DNA from: Mustelus asterias
Taxonomy: Eukaryota
Direction of reading: 5' to 3'
NCBI RefSeq assembly: GCF_964213995.1
Contig: NW_027590224.1
Span: forward strand, 434,001 to 498,000
Length of the DNA stretch: 64,000 bases
A program made the position numbers and the translations under genes. Positions 33,001-48,000 of this stretch are shown here, in pieces; the first letter of the stretch is position 1, and each line of letters starts with the position of its first letter. Under the pieces are notes generated by a model. That model saw nothing but the letters and a program-made list of their open reading frames with translations. It made no database searches and was not told where the DNA came from.

Positions 33001-36000
33001 CATTGTCAGAGGGTCAGTGCTGAGGGAGTGCCTCACTGTCAGAGGGTCAGTACTGAGGGAGTGCCGCACTGCAAGACGGTTGATAGTGAGGGAGTGCCGC
33101 GCTGTCAGGGGGTCAGTCCTGAGGGAGCGCCAGACTGTCAGAGGGTCAGAAGAGGGAGTGCTGCACTGTCAGAGGGTCAGTACTGAGGGAGTGCCGCACT
33201 GTCAGAGGTTCAGTACAGAGGAAGTGCCGCACTGTCAGAGAGTCAGTACAGAGGGAGTGATGCACTGTCAAAGGGTCAGCACTGAGGGAGTGCCGCACTG
33301 TTAGAGGGTCAGTACTGAGGGAGCACCGCACTGCCAGAGGGAGTGCTGCACTGTCAGAGGGTCAGGACTGATGGGGTGCCGCACTGTGGCAGGGTCTGTG
33401 CTGAGTGAGTGCTGCACTGTGGGAGGGTCAGTGCTGAGTGAGTGCCGCACTGTCAGAGGGTCAGCACTGAGGGAATGCCGTACTGTCAGAGGGTCAGTAC
33501 AGAGAGAGTGCCGCACTGTCAGAGGGTCAGTCCAGAGGGAGTGCCACACTGTCAGAGGATCAGTACTCAAGGTGAGCTGCACTGTGAGAGGGTCAGTGCT
33601 GAGAGAGTGCCGCACTGTCAGAGGGTCAGTACTGAGGGAGTGCTGCACTGTCAGAGGGTCAGTACTGAGGGAGTGCCGCACTGTCAGAGGGTCAGTGCTG
33701 AGGGAGTGCCGCACTGTCAGAGGGTCAGTGCCGAGGGAGTGCCTTACTGTCAGAGGGTCAGTACTGAGAGAGTGCCGCACTGAGAGAGGGTCAGTACTGA
33801 GGGAGAGCTGCACTGTGAGAGGGTCAGTACTGAGTGAGTGCCGTATTGTCAGAGGGACAGTACTGAGGGAGAGCCGCACTGTCAGAGGGTCTGTGCTGAG
33901 GGAGCACTGCACTGTCAGGGGGAGTGCTGCACTGTCAGAGGGCCAGGACTGAGGGGGTGCCGCACAGTCAGAGGGTCAGTACTGAGGGAGTGTCGCACTG
34001 TCAGAGGGTCAGTGCTGAGGGAGTGCTGCACTGTCAGAGGGTCAGTGCTGAGGGAGTGTCGCACTGTCAGAGGGTCAGTGCTGAGGGAGTGCTGCACTGT
34101 CAGAGGGTCAGTACTGAGGGAGTGCCGCACTGTCAGAGGGTCAGTACTGAGGGAGTGCCGCACTATTCGAGGGTCAGCACTGAGGAACTGCCGCACTGTC
34201 AGAGGGTCAGTACTGAGAGAGTGCTGCACTGTCAGAGGGTCAGTACTGAGGGAGTGCCGCACTGTCAGAGGGTCAGTACTGAGAGAGTGCCTTACTGTCA
34301 GAGGGTCAGTACTGAGAGAGTGCCTTACTGTCAGAGGGTCAGTACTGAGGGAGTGCAGCCCTGTGGGAGGGTCAGTGCTGAGAGTGCTGCACTGTCAGAG
34401 GGTCAGTGCTGAGGGAGTGGCTCACTGTCAGAGGGAGCACCGCACTGTCAGAGGGAGTGCTGCACTGTCAGAGGGTCAGTACTGTGGGAGTGCCGCACTG
34501 TCAGAGGGTCAGTACTGAGGGAGTGCTGCACTGTCAGAGGGTCAGTACTGAGGGAGTGCCGCACTGTCAGAGGGTCAGTACTGAGGGAGTGCCGCACTGT
34601 CAGAGGGTCAGTACTGAGGGAGTGCTGCACTGTCAGAGGGTCAGTACTGAGGGAGTGCTGCACTGTCAGAGGTTCAGTACTGAGGGAGTGCTGCACTGTC
34701 AGAGGGTCAGTACTGAGGGAGTGCCGCACTCCCAGAGGGTCACTACAGAGGGAGTGCCGCACTGTCAGAGAGTCAGTACTGAGGGAGTGATGCACTGTCA
34801 AAGGGTCAGTACTGACGGACTGCCGCACTGTGAGAGGGTCTGTACTGAGGGAGCACCGCACTGCCAGAGGGTGTGCTGCACTGTCAGAGGGTCAGGACTG
34901 AGGGGGTGCCGCACTGTGGGAGGGTCAGTACTCAGGGAGTGCCGCACTGTCAGAGGGTCAGAGCTGAGGGAGTGCTGCATTGTGAAAGGGTCAGTACTGA
35001 GGGAGTGCCGCACTGTCAGAGGATCAGTACTGAGGGAGTGCCGCACTGTCAAAGGGTCAGTACTGAGGGAGTGCCGCACTGTCAGAGGGTCAGTACTGAG
35101 GGAGAGCTGCACTGTCAGAGGGTCAGTACTGAGGGCGTGCTGCACTGTCAGAGAGTCAGTGCTGAGTGAGTGCCGCACTGTCAGAGGGTCTGTCCTGAGG
35201 GAGCACTGCACTGTCAGGGGGAGTGCTGCACTGTCAGAGGGCCAGGACTGAGGGGGTGCCGCACTGTCAGAGGGTCAGTACTAAGGGAGAGGTGCATTGT
35301 CAGAGGGTCAGTACTGAGGGAATGCCGTATTTTCAGAGGGTCAGTACAGAGGGAGTGCCCCACTGTCAGAGGGCCAGGACTGAGGGGGTGCCGCACAGTC
35401 AGAGGGTCAGTACTGAGGGAGTGCCGCACTGTCAGAGGGTCAGTACTGAGGGAGAGGTGCATTGTCAGAGGGTCAGTACTGAGGGAATGCCGTATTTTCA
35501 GAGGGTCAGTACAGAGGGAGTGCCCCACTGTCAGAGGGTCAGTGCTGAGGGAGTGCTGCACTGTCAGAGGTTCAGTACTGAGGGAGTGCTGCACTGTCAG
35601 AGGGTCAGAACTGAGAGAGTGCCCCACTGTCAGAGGGTCAGTATTGAGGGAGTGCCGCACTGCTAGACGGTTGATAGTGAGGGAGTGCTGCACTGTCAGA
35701 GGGTCAGTATTGAGGAATTGCTACATTGACAGCGGGTCAGTACTGAGGGAGTGCCGCGCTGTCAGGGGGTCAGTCCTGAGGGAGCGCCAGACTGTCGAAC
35801 GGTCAGAAGAGGGAGTGCGGCACTGTCAGAGGGTCAGTACTGAGGGAGCACCGCACTGTCAGAGGGAGTGCCGCACTGTCAGAGGGTCAGAACTGAGGGA
35901 GTGCCGCACTGTCAGAGGGTCAGTACTGAGGGAGTGCCGCACTGTCAGAGGGTCAGTACTGAGGGAGCACCGCACTGTCAGAGGGAGTGCCGCACTGTCA

Positions 36001-39000
36001 GAGGGTCAGAACTGAGGGAGTGCCGCACTGTCAGAGGGTCAGTACTGAGGGAGTGCCGCACTGTCAGAGGGTCAGTACTGAGGGAGTGCAGCACTGTCAG
36101 AGGGTCAGTGCTGAGGGAGTGCTGCACTGTCAGAGGGTCAGTACTGAGGGAGTGCCGCACTATTCGAGGGTCAGCACTGAGGAACTGCCGCACTGTCAGA
36201 GGGTCAGTACTGAGGGAGTGCCGCACTATTCGAGGGTCAGCACTGAGGAACTGCCGCGCTGTCAGGGGGTCAGCCCTGAGGGAGCGCCAGACTGTCGAAC
36301 GGTCAGAAGGGGGAGTGCTGCACTGTCAGAGGGTCAGTACTGAGGGAGCACCGCACTGTCAGAGGGAGTGCCGCACTGTCAGAGGGTCAGAACTGAGGGA
36401 GTGCCGCACTGTCAGAGGGTCAGTACTGAGGGAGTGCCGCACTGTCAGAGGGTCAGTACTGAGGGAGTGCAGCACTGTCAGAGGGTCAGTACTGAGGGAG
36501 TGCCGCACTGTCAGAGGGTCAGCATTGAGGGAGTGCCGCACTGTCAGAGGGTCAGCATTGAGGGAGGGCCGCACTGTCAGAGGGTCAGTACTGAGGAAGT
36601 GCTACGTTGACAGAGGGTCAGCACAGAGGGAGTGCCGCACTGTCAGAGGGTCAGTATTGAGGAAGTGCTACGTTGACAGAGGGTCAGCACAGAGGGAGTG
36701 CCGCGCTGTCAGGGGGTCAGTCCTGAGGGAGTGCCAGACTGTCAGAGGGTCAGTACTGAGGGGGTGCCGCACTGTCAGAGGGTCAGTAATGAGGGAGTGC
36801 CGCACTGTCAGAGAGTCAGTACTGAGGGAGTGCTGCACTGTCAGAGGGTCAGTACTGAGGGAGTGCTGCACTGTCAGAGAGTCAGTACTGAGGGAGTGCT
36901 GCACTGTCAGAGGGTCAGTACTGAGGGAGTGCCGCATTGTCAGAGGGTCAGTACTGAGGGAGTGCCTCACTGTCAGAGGGTCAGTACTGAGGGAGTGCCG
37001 CACTGCAAGACGGTTGATAGTGAGGGAGTGCCGCGCTGTCAGGGGGTCAGTCCTGAGGGAGCGCCAGACTGTCAGAGGGTCAGAAGAGGGAGTGCTGCAC
37101 TGTCAGAGGGTCAGTACTGAGGGAGTGCCGCACTGTCAGAGGTTCAGTACAGAGGAAGTGCCGCACTGTCAGAGAGTCAGTACAGAGGGAGTGATGCACT
37201 GTCAAAGGGTCAGCACTGAGGGAGTGCCGCACTGTTAGAGGGTCAGTACTGAGGGAGCACCGCACTGCCAGAGGGAGTGCTGCACTGTCAGAGGGTCAGG
37301 ACTGATGGGGTGCCGCACTGTGGCAGGGTCTGTGCTGAGTGAGTGCTGCACTGTGGGAGGGTCAGTGCTGAGGGAGTGCTGCACTGTCAGAGGGTCAGGA
37401 CTGATGGGGTGCCGCACTGTGGCAGGGTCTGTGCTGAGTGAGTGCTGCACTGTCAGAGGGTCAGCACTGAGGGAATGCCGTACTGTCAGAGGGTCAGTAC
37501 AGAGAGAGTGCCGCACTGTCAGAGGGTCAGTCCAGAGGGAGTGCCACAATGTCAGAGGGTCAGTACTCAGGGTGAGCTGCACTGTGAGAGGGTCAGTGCT
37601 GAGAGAGTGCCGCACTGTCAGAGGGTCAGTACTGAGGGAGTGCTGCACTGTCAGAGGGTCAGTACTGAGGGAGTGCCGCACTGTCAGAGGGTCAGTGCTG
37701 AGGGAGTGCCGCACTGTCAGAGGGTCAGTGCCGAGGGAGTGCCTTACTGTCAGAGGGTCAGTACTGAGAGAGTGCCGCACTGAGAGAGGGTCAGTACTGA
37801 GGGAGAGCTGCACTGTGAGAGGGTCAGTACTGAGTGAGTGCCGTATTGTCAGAGGGACAGTACTGAGGGAGAGCCGCACTGTCAGAGGGTCAGTACTGAG
37901 GAAGAGCCGCACTGTCAGAGGGTCTGTGCTGAGGGAGCACTGCACTGTCAGGGGGAGTGCTGCACTGTCAGAGGGCCAGGACTGAGGGGGTGCCGCACAG
38001 TCAGAGGGTCAGTACTGAGGGAGTGCCGCACTGTCAGAGGGTCAGTACTGAGGGAGAGGTGCATTGTCAGAGGGTCAGTACTGAGGGAATGCCGTATTTT
38101 CAGAGGGTCAGTACAGAGGGAGTGCCCCACTGTCAGAGGGTCAGTGCTGAGGGAGTGCTGCACTGTCAGAGGTTCAGTACTGAGGGAGTGCCGCATTGTC
38201 AGAGGCTCAGTACTGAGGGAGTGCCTCACTGTCAGAGAGTCAGTACTGAGGGAGTGCTGCACTGTCAGAGGGTCAGTACTGAGGGAGTGCTGCACTGTCA
38301 GAGGGTCAGTACTGAGGGAGTGCCGCATTGTCAGAGGGTCAGTACTGAGGGAGTGCCTCACTGTCAGAGGGTCAGTACTGAGGGAGTGCCGCACTGCAAG
38401 ACGGTTGATAGTGAGGGAGTGCCGCGCTGTCAGGGGGTCAGTCCTGAGGGAGCGCCAGACTGTCAGAGGGTCAGAAGAGGGAGTGCTGCACTGTCAGAGG
38501 GTCAGTACTGAGGGAGTGCCGCACTGTCAGAGGTTCAGTACAGAGGAAGTGCCGCACTGTCAGAGAGTCAGTACAGAGGGAGTGATGCACTGTCAAAGGG
38601 TCAGCACTGAGGGAGTGCCGCACTGTTAGAGGGTCTGTACTGAGGGAGCACCGCACTGCCAGAGGGAGTGCTGCACTGTCAGAGGGTCAGGACTGATGGG
38701 GTGCCGCACTGTGGCAGGGTCTGTGCTGAGTGAGTGCTGCACTGTGGGAGGGTCAGTGCTGAGTGAGTGCTGCACTGTGGGAGGGTCAGTGCTGAGTGAG
38801 TGCTGCACTGTCAGAGGGTCAGCACTGAGGGAATGCCGTACTGTCAGAGGGTCAGTACAGAGAGAGTGCCGCACTGCCAGAGGGTCAGTCCAGAGGGAGT
38901 GCCACACTGTCAGAGGGTCAGTACTCAGGGTGAGCTGCACTGTGAGAGGGTCAGTGCTGAGAGAGTGCCGCACTGTCAGAGGGTCAGTACTGAGGGAGTG

Positions 39001-42000
39001 CTGCACTGTCAGAGGGTCAGTACTGAGGGAGTGCCGCACTGTTCGAGGGTCAGTGCTGAGGGAGTGCCGCACTGTCAGAGGGTCAGTGCCGAGGGAGTGC
39101 CTTACTGTCAGAGGGTCAGTACTGAGAGAGTGCCGCACTGAGAGAGGGTCAGTACTGAGGGAGAGCTGCACTGTGAGAGGGTCAGTACTGAGTGAGTGCC
39201 GTATTGTCAGAGGGTCAGTACTGAGGGAGAGCCGCACTGTCAGAGGGTCAGTACTGAGGGAGTGCCGCACTGTCAGAGGGTCAGTACTGAGGGAGAGGTG
39301 CATTGTCAGAGGGTCAGTACTGAGGGAATGCCGTATTTTCAGAGGGTCAGTACAGAGGGAGTGCCCCACTGTCAGAGGGTCAGTACTAAGGGAGTGCCGC
39401 ACTGTCAGAGGGTCAGTCCTGAGGGAGTGCTGCACTGTCAGAGGGTCAGAACTGAGAGAGTGCCCCACTGTCAGAGGGTCAGTATTGCCGCACTCCCAGA
39501 GGGTCACTACAGAGGGAGTGCCGCACTGTCAGAGAGTCAGTACTGAGGGAGTGATGCACTGTCAAAGGGTCAGTACTGACGGACTGCCGCACTGTGAGAG
39601 GGTCTGTACTGAGGGAGCACCGCACTGCCAGAGGGTGTGCTGCACTGTCAGAGGGTCAGGACTGAGGGGGTGCCGCACTGTGGGAGGGTCAGTACTCAGG
39701 GAGTGCCGCACTGTCAGAGGGCAGAGCTGAGGGAGTGCTGCATTGTGAAAGGGTCAGTACTGAGGGAGTGCCGCACTGTCAGAGGATCAGTACTGAGGGA
39801 GTGCCGCACTGTCAAAGGGTCAGTACTGAGGGAGTGCCGCACTGTCAGAGGGTCAGTACTGAGGGAGAGCTGCACTGTCAGAGGGTCAGTACTGAGGGCG
39901 TGCTGCACTGTCAGAGAGTCAGTGCTGAGTGAGTGCCGTATTGTCAGAGGGTCAGTACTGAGGGAGAGCCGCACTGTCAGAGGGTCTGTCCTGAGGGAGC
40001 ACTGCACTGTCAGGGGGAGTGCTGCACTGTCAGAGGGCCAGGACTGAGGGGGTGCCGCACAGTCAGAGGGTCAGTACTGAGGGAGTGCCGCACTGTCAGA
40101 GGGTCAGTACTAAGGGAGAGGTGCATTGTCAGAGGGTCAGTACTGAGGGAATGCCGTATTTTCAGAGGGTCAGTACAGAGGGAGTGCCCCACTGTCAGAG
40201 GGCCAGGACTGAGGGGGTGCCGCACAGTCAGAGGGTCAGTACTGAGGGAGTGCCGCACTGTCAGAGGGTCAGTACTGAGGGAGAGGTGCATTGTCAGAGG
40301 GTCAGTACTGAGGGAATGCCGTATTTTCAGAGGGTCAGTACAGAGGGAGTGCCCCACTGTCAGAGGGTCAGTGCTGAGGGAGTGCTGCACTGTCAGAGGT
40401 TCAGTACTGAGGGAGTGCTGCACTGTCAGAGGGTCAGAACTGAGAGAGTGCCCCACTGTCAGAGGGTCAGTATTGAGGGAGTGCCGCACTGCTAGACGGT
40501 TGATAGTGAGGGAGTGCTGCACTGTCAGAGGGTCAGTATTGAGGAATTGCTACATTGACAGCGGGTCAGTACTGAGGGAGTGCCGCGCTGTCAGGGGGTC
40601 AGTCCTGAGGGAGCGCCAGACTGTCGAACGGTCAGAAGAGGGAGTGCGGCACTGTCAGAGGGTCAGTACTGAGGGAGCACCGCACTGTCAGAGGGAGTGC
40701 CGCACTGTCAGAGGGTCAGAACTGAGGGAGTGCCGCACTGTCAGAGGGTCAGTACTGAGGGAGTGCCGCACTGTCAGAGGGTCAGTACTGAGGGAGCACC
40801 GCACTGTCAGAGGGAGTGCCGCACTGTCAGAGGGTCAGAACTGAGGGAGTGCCGCACTGTCAGAGGGTCAGTGCTGAGGGAGTGCCGCACTGTCAGAGGG
40901 TCAGTACTGAGGGAGTGCCGCACTGTCAGAGGGTCAGGACTGAGGGAGTGCAGCACTGTCAGAGGGTCAGTGCTGAGGGAGTGCTGCACTGTCAGAGGGT
41001 CAGTACTGAGGGAGTGCCGCACTATTCGAGGGTCAGCACTGAGGAACTGCCGCACTGTCAGAGGGTCAGTACTGAGGGAGTGCCGCACTATTCGAGGGTC
41101 AGCACTGAGGAACTGCCGCGCTGTCAGGGGGTCAGTCCTGAGGGAGCGCCAGACTGTCGAACGGTCAGAAGAGGGAGTGCTGCACTGTCAGAGGGTCAGT
41201 ACTGAGGGAGCACCGCACTGTCAGAGGGAGTGCCGCACTGTCAGAGGGTCAGAACTGAGGGAGTGCCGCACTGTCAGAGGGTCAGTACTGAGGGAGTGCC
41301 GCACTGTCAGAGGGTCAGTACTGAGGGAGTGCAGCACTGTCAGAGGGTCAGTACTGAGGGAGTGCCGCACTGTCAGAGGGTCAGCATTGAGGGAGTGCCG
41401 CACTGTCAGAGGGTCAGCATTGAGGGAGGGCCGCACTGTCAGAGGGTCAGTACTGAGGAAGTGCTACGTTGACAGAGGGTCAGCACAGAGGGAGTGCCGC
41501 ACTGTCAGAGGGTCAGTATTGAGGAAGTGCTACGTTGACAGAGGGTCAGCACAGAGGGAGTGCCGCGCTGTCAGGGGGTCAGTCCTGAGGGAGTGCCAGA
41601 CTGTCAGAGGGTCAGTACTGAGGGAGTGCCGCACTGTCAGAGGGTCAGTAATGAGGGAGTGCCGCACTGTCAGAGAGTCAGTACTGAGGGAGTGCTGCAT
41701 TGTCAGAGGGTCAGTGCTGAGGGAGTGCTGCACTGTCAGAGAGTCAGTACTGAGGGAGTGCTGCACTGTCAGAGGGTCAGTACTGAGGGAGTGCCTCACT
41801 GTCAGAGGGTCAGTACTGAGGGAGTGCCGCACTGCAAGACGGTTGATAGTGAGGGAGTGCCGCGCTGTCAGGGGGTCAGTCCTGAGGGAGCGCCAGACTG
41901 TCAGAGGGTCAGAAGAGGGAGTGCTGCACTGTCAGAGGGTCAGTACTGAGGGAGTGCCGCACTGTCAGAGGTTCAGTACAGAGGAAGTGCCGCACTGTCA

Positions 42001-45000
42001 GAGAGTCAGTACAGAGGGAGTGATGCACTGTCAAAGGGTCAGCACTGAGGGAGTGCCGCACTGTCAGAGGTTCAGTACAGAGGAAGTGCCGCACTGTCAT
42101 TGAGTCAGTACAGAGGGAGTGATGCACTGTCAAAGGGTCAGCACTGAGGGAGTGCCGCACTGTTAGAGGGTCAGTACTGAGGGAGCACCGCACTGCCAGA
42201 GGGAGTGCTGCACTGTCAGAGGGTCAGGACTGATGGGGTGCCGCACTGTGGCAGGGTCTGTGCTGAGTGAGTGCTGCACTGTGGGAGGGTCAGTGCTGAG
42301 TGAGTGCCGCACTGTCAGAGGGTCAGCACTGAGGGAATGCCGTACTGTCAGAGGGTCAGTACAGAGAGAGTGCCGCACTGTCAGAGGGTCAGTCCAGAGG
42401 GAGTGCCACACTGTCAGAGGGTCAGTACTCAGGGTGAGCTGCACTGTGAGAGGGTCAGTGCTGAGAGAGTGCCGCACTGTCAGAGGGTCAGTACTGAGGG
42501 AGTGCTGCACTGTCAGAGGGTCAGTACTGAGGGAGTGCCGCACTGTCAGAGGGTCAGTGCTGAGGGAGTGCCGCACTGTCAGAGGGTCAGTGCCGAGGGA
42601 GTGCCTTACTGTCAGAGGGTCAGTACTGAGAGAGTGCCGCACTGAGAGAGGGTCAGTACTGAGGGAGAGCTGCACTGTGAGAGGGTCAGTACTGAGTGAG
42701 TGCCGTATTGTCAGAGGGACAGTACTGAGGGAGAGCCGCACTGTCAGAGGGTCTGTGCTGAGGGAGCACTGCACTGTCAGGGGGAGTGCTGCACTGTCAG
42801 AGGGCCAGGACTGAGGGGGTGCCGCACAGTCAGAGGGTCAGTACTGAGGGAGTGCCGCACTGTCAGAGGGTCAGTACTGAGGGAGAGGTGCATTGTCAGA
42901 GGGTCAGTACTGAGGGAATGCCGTATTTTCAGAGGGTCAGTACAGAGGGAGTGCCCCACTGTCAGAGGGTCAGTGCTGAGGGAGTGCTGCACTGTCAGAG
43001 GTTCAGTACTGAGGGAGTGCCGCATTGTCAGAGGCTCAGTACTGAGGGAGTGCCTCACTGTCAGAGAGTCAGTACTGAGGGAGTGCTGCACTGTCAGAGG
43101 GTCAGTACTGAGGGAGTGCCGCATTGTCAGAGGGTCAGTACTGAGGGAGTGCCTCACTGTCAGAGGGTCAGTACTGAGGGAGTGCCGCACTGCAAGACGG
43201 TTGATAGTGAGGGAGTGCCGCGCTGTCAGGGGGTCAGTCCTGAGGGAGCGCCAGACTGTCAGAGGGTCAGAAGAGGGAGTGCTGCACTGTCAGAGGGTCA
43301 GTACTGAGGGAGTGCCGCACTGTCAGAGGTTCAGTACAGAGGAAGTGCCGCACTGTCAGAGAGTCAGTACAGAGGGAGTGATGCACTGTCAAAGGGTCAG
43401 CACTGAGGGAGTGCCGCACTGTTAGAGGGTCTGTACTGAGGGAGCACCGCACTGCCAGAGGGAGTGCTGCACTGTCAGAGGGTCAGGACTGATGGGGTGC
43501 CGCACTGTGGCAGGGTCTGTGCTGAGTGAGTGCTGCACTGTGGGAGGGTCAGTGCTGAGTGAGTGCTGCACTGTCAGAGGGTCAGCACTGAGGGAATGCC
43601 GTACTGTCAGAGGGTCAGTACAGAGAGAGTGCCGCACTGTCAGAGGGTCAGTCCAGAGGGAGTGCCACACTGTCAGAGGGTCAGTACTCAGGGTGAGCTG
43701 CACTGTGAGAGGGTCAGTGCTGAGAGAGTGCCGCACTGTCAGAGGGTCAGTACTGAGGGAGTGCTGCACTGTCAGAGGGTCAGTACTGAGGGAGTGCCGC
43801 ACTGTTCGAGGGTCAGTGCTGAGGGAGTGCCGCACTGTCAGAGGGTCAGTGCCGAGGGAGTGCCTTACTGTCAGAGGGTCAGTACTGAGAGAGTGCCGCA
43901 CTGAGAGAGGGTCAGTACTGAGGGAGAGCTGCACTGTGAGAGGGTCAGTACTGAGTGAGTGCCGTATTGTCAGAGGGTCAGTACTGAGGGAGAGCCGCAC
44001 TGTCAGAGGGTCAGTACTGAGGGAGTGCCGCACTGTCAGAGGGTCAGTACTGAGGGAGAGGTGCATTGTCAGAGGGTCAGTACTGAGGGAATGCCGTATT
44101 TTCAGAGGGTCAGTACAGAGGGAGTGCCCCACTGTCAGAGGGTCAGTGCTGAGGGAGTGCTGCACTGTCAGAGGTTCAGTCCTGAGGGAGTGCTGCACTG
44201 TCAGAGGGTCAGTACTAAGGGAGTGCCGCACTGTCAGAGGGTCAGTACTGAGGGAGTGCTGCACTGTCAGAGGGTCAGAACTGAGAGAGTGCCCCACTGT
44301 CAGAGGGTCAGTATTGCCGCACTCCCAGAGGGTCACTACAGAGGGAGTGCCGCACTGTCAGAGAGTCAGTACTGAGGGAGTGATGCACTGTCAAAGGGTC
44401 AGTACTGACGGACTGCCGCACTGTGAGAGGGTCTGTACTGAGGGAGCACCGCACTGCCAGAGGGTGTGCTGCACTGTCAGAGGGTCAGGACTGAGGGGGT
44501 GCCGCACTGTGGGAGGGTCAGTACTCAGGGAGTGCCGCACTGTCAGAGGGTCAGAGCTGAGGGAGTGCTGCATTGTGAAAGGGTCAGTACTGAGGGAGTG
44601 CCGCACTGTCAGAGGATCAGTACTGAGGGAGTGCCGCACTGTCAAAGGGTCAGTACTGAGGGAGTGCCGCACTGTCAGAGGGTCAGTACTGAGGGAGAGC
44701 TGCACTGTCAGAGGGTCAGTACTGAGGGCGTGCTGCACTGTCAGAGAGTCAGTGCTGAGTGAGTGCCGTATTGTCAGAGGGTCAGTACTGAGGGAGAGCC
44801 GCACTGTCAGAGGGTCTGTCCTGAGGGAGCACTGCACTGTCAGGGGGAGTGCTGCACTGTCAGAGGGCCAGGACTGAGGGGGTGCCGCACAGTCAGAGGG
44901 TCAGTACTGAGGGAGTGCCGCACTGTCAGAGGGTCAGTACTAAGGGAGAGGTGCATTGTCAGAGGGTCAGTACTGAGGGAATGCCGTATTTTCAGAGGGT

Positions 45001-48000
45001 CAGTACAGAGGGAGTGCCCCACTGTCAGAGGGCCAGGACTGAGGGGGTGCCGCACAGTCAGAGGGTCAGTACTGAGGGAGTGCCGCACTGTCAGAGGGTC
45101 AGTACTGAGGGAGAGGTGCATTGTCAGAGGGTCAGTACTGAGGGAATGCCGTATTTTCAGAGGGTCAGTACAGAGGGAGTGCCCCACTGTCAGAGGGTCA
45201 GTGCTGAGGGAGTGCTGCACTGTCAGAGGTTCAGTCCTGAGGGAGTGCTGCACTGTCAGAGGGTCAGTACTAAGGGAGTGCCGCACTATCAGAGGGTCAG
45301 TACTGAGGGAGTGCCGCACTGCTAGACGGTTGATAGTGAGGGAGTGCTGCACTGTCAGAGGGTCAGTATTGAGGAATTGCTACATTGACAGCGGGTCAGT
45401 ACTGAGGGAGTGCCGCGCTGTCAGGGGGTCAGTCCTGAGGGAGCGCCAGACTGTCGAACGGTCAGAAGAGGGAGTGCGGCACTGTCAGAGGGTCAGTACT
45501 GAGGGAGCACCGCACTGTCAGAGGGAGTGCCGCACTGTCAGAGGGTCAGAACTGAGGGAGTGCCGCACTGTCAGAGGGTCAGTACTGAGGGAGTGCCGCA
45601 CTGTCAGAGGGTCAGTACTGAGGGAGCACCGCACTGTCAGAGGGAGTGCCGCACTGTCAGAGGGTCAGAACTGAGGGAGTGCCGCACTGTCAGAGGGTCA
45701 GTGCTGAGGGAGTGCCGCACTGTCAGAGGGTCAGTACTGAGGGAGTGCCGCACTGTCAGAGGGTCAGGACTGAGGGAGTGCAGCACTGTCAGAGGGTCAG
45801 TGCTGAGGGAGTGCTGCACTGTCAGAGGGTCAGTACTGAGGGAGTGCCGCACTATTCGAGGGTCAGCACTGAGGAACTGCCGCACTGTCAGAGGGTCAGT
45901 ACTGAGGGAGTGCCGCACTATTCGAGGGTCAGCACTGAGGAACTGCCGCGCTGTCAGGGGGTCAGTCCTGAGGGAGCGCCAGACTGTCGAACGGTCAGAA
46001 GAGGGAGTGCTGCACTGTCAGAGGGTCAGTACTGAGGGAGCACCGCACTGTCAGAGGGAGTGCCGCACTGTCAGAGGGTCAGAACTGAGGGAGTGCCGCA
46101 CTGTCAGAGGGTCAGTACTGAGGGAGTGCCGCACTGTCAGAGGGTCAGTACTGAGGGAGTGCAGCACTGTCAGAGGGTCAGTACTGAGGGAGTGCCGCAC
46201 TGTCAGAGGGTCAGCATTGAGGGAGTGCCGCACTGTCAGAGGGTCAGCATTGAGGGAGGGCCGCACTGTCAGAGGGTCAGTACTGAGGAAGTGCTACGTT
46301 GACAGAGGGTCAGCACAGAGGGAGTGCCGCACTGTCAGAGGGTCAGTATTGAGGAAGTGCTACGTTGACAGAGGGTCAGCACAGAGGGAGTGCCGCGCTG
46401 TCAGGGGGTCAGTCCTGAGGGAGTGCCAGACTGTCAGAGGGTCAGTACTGAGGGAGTGCCGCACTGTCAGAGGGTCAGTAATGAGGGAGTGCCGCACTGT
46501 CAGAGAGTCAGTACTGAGGGAGTGCTGCATTGTCAGAGGGTCAGTGCTGAGGGAGTGCTGCACTGTCAGAGAGTCAGTACTGAGGGAGTGCTGCACTGTC
46601 AGAGGGTCAGTACTGAGGGAGTGCCTCACTGTCAGAGGGTCAGTACTGAGGGAGTGCCGCACTGCAAGACGGTTGATAGTGAGGGAGTGCCGCGCTGTCA
46701 GGGGGTCAGTCCTGAGGGAGCGCCAGACTGTCAGAGGGTCAGAAGAGGGAGTGCTGCACTGTCAGAGGGTCAGTACTGAGGGAGTGCCGCACTGTCAGAG
46801 GTTCAGTACAGAGGAAGTGCCGCACTGTCAGAGAGTCAGTACAGAGGGAGTGATGCACTGTCAAAGGGTCAGCACTGAGGGAGTGCCGCACTGTCAGAGG
46901 TTCAGTACAGAGGAAGTGCCGCACTGTCATTGAGTCAGTACAGAGGGAGTGATGCACTGTCAAAGGGTCAGCACTGAGGGAGTGCCGCACTGTTAGAGGG
47001 TCAGTACTGAGGGAGCACCGCACTGCCAGAGGGAGTGCTGCACTGTCAGAGGGTCAGGACTGATGGGGTGCCGCACTGTGGCAGGGTCTGTGCTGAGTGA
47101 GTGCTGCACTGTGGGAGGGTCAGTGCTGAGTGAGTGCCGCACTGTCAGAGGGTCAGCACTGAGGGAATGCCGTACTGTCAGAGGGTCAGTACAGAGAGAG
47201 TGCCGCACTGTCAGAGGGTCAGTCCAGAGGGAGTGCCACACTGTCAGAGGGTCAGTACTCAGGGTGAGCTGCACTGTGAGAGGGTCAGTGCTGAGAGAGT
47301 GCCGCACTGTCAGAGGGTCAGTACTGAGGGAGTGCTGCACTGTCAGAGGGTCAGTACTGAGGGAGTGCCGCACTGTCAGAGGGTCAGTGCTGAGGGAGTG
47401 CCGCACTGTCAGAGGGTCAGTGCCGAGGGAGTGCCTTACTGTCAGAGGGTCAGTACTGAGAGAGTGCCGCACTGAGAGAGGGTCAGTACTGAGGGAGAGC
47501 TGCACTGTGAGAGGGTCAGTACTGAGTGAGTGCCGTATTGTCAGAGGGACAGTACTGAGGGAGAGCCGCACTGTCAGAGGGTCTGTGCTGAGGGAGCACT
47601 GCACTGTCAGGGGGAGTGCTGCACTGTCAGAGGGCCAGGACTGAGGGGGTGCCGCACAGTCAGAGGGTCAGTACTGAGGGAGTGCCGCACTGTCAGAGGG
47701 TCAGTACTGAGGGAGAGGTGCATTGTCAGAGGGTCAGTACTGAGGGAATGCCGTATTTTCAGAGGGTCAGTACAGAGGGAGTGCCCCACTGTCAGAGGGT
47801 CAGTGCTGAGGGAGTGCTGCACTGTCAGAGGTTCAGTACTGAGGGAGTGCCGCATTGTCAGAGGCTCAGTACTGAGGGAGTGCCTCACTGTCAGAGAGTC
47901 AGTACTGAGGGAGTGCTGCACTGTCAGAGGGTCAGTACTGAGGGAGTGCCGCATTGTCAGAGGGTCAGTACTGAGGGAGTGCCTCACTGTCAGAGGGTCA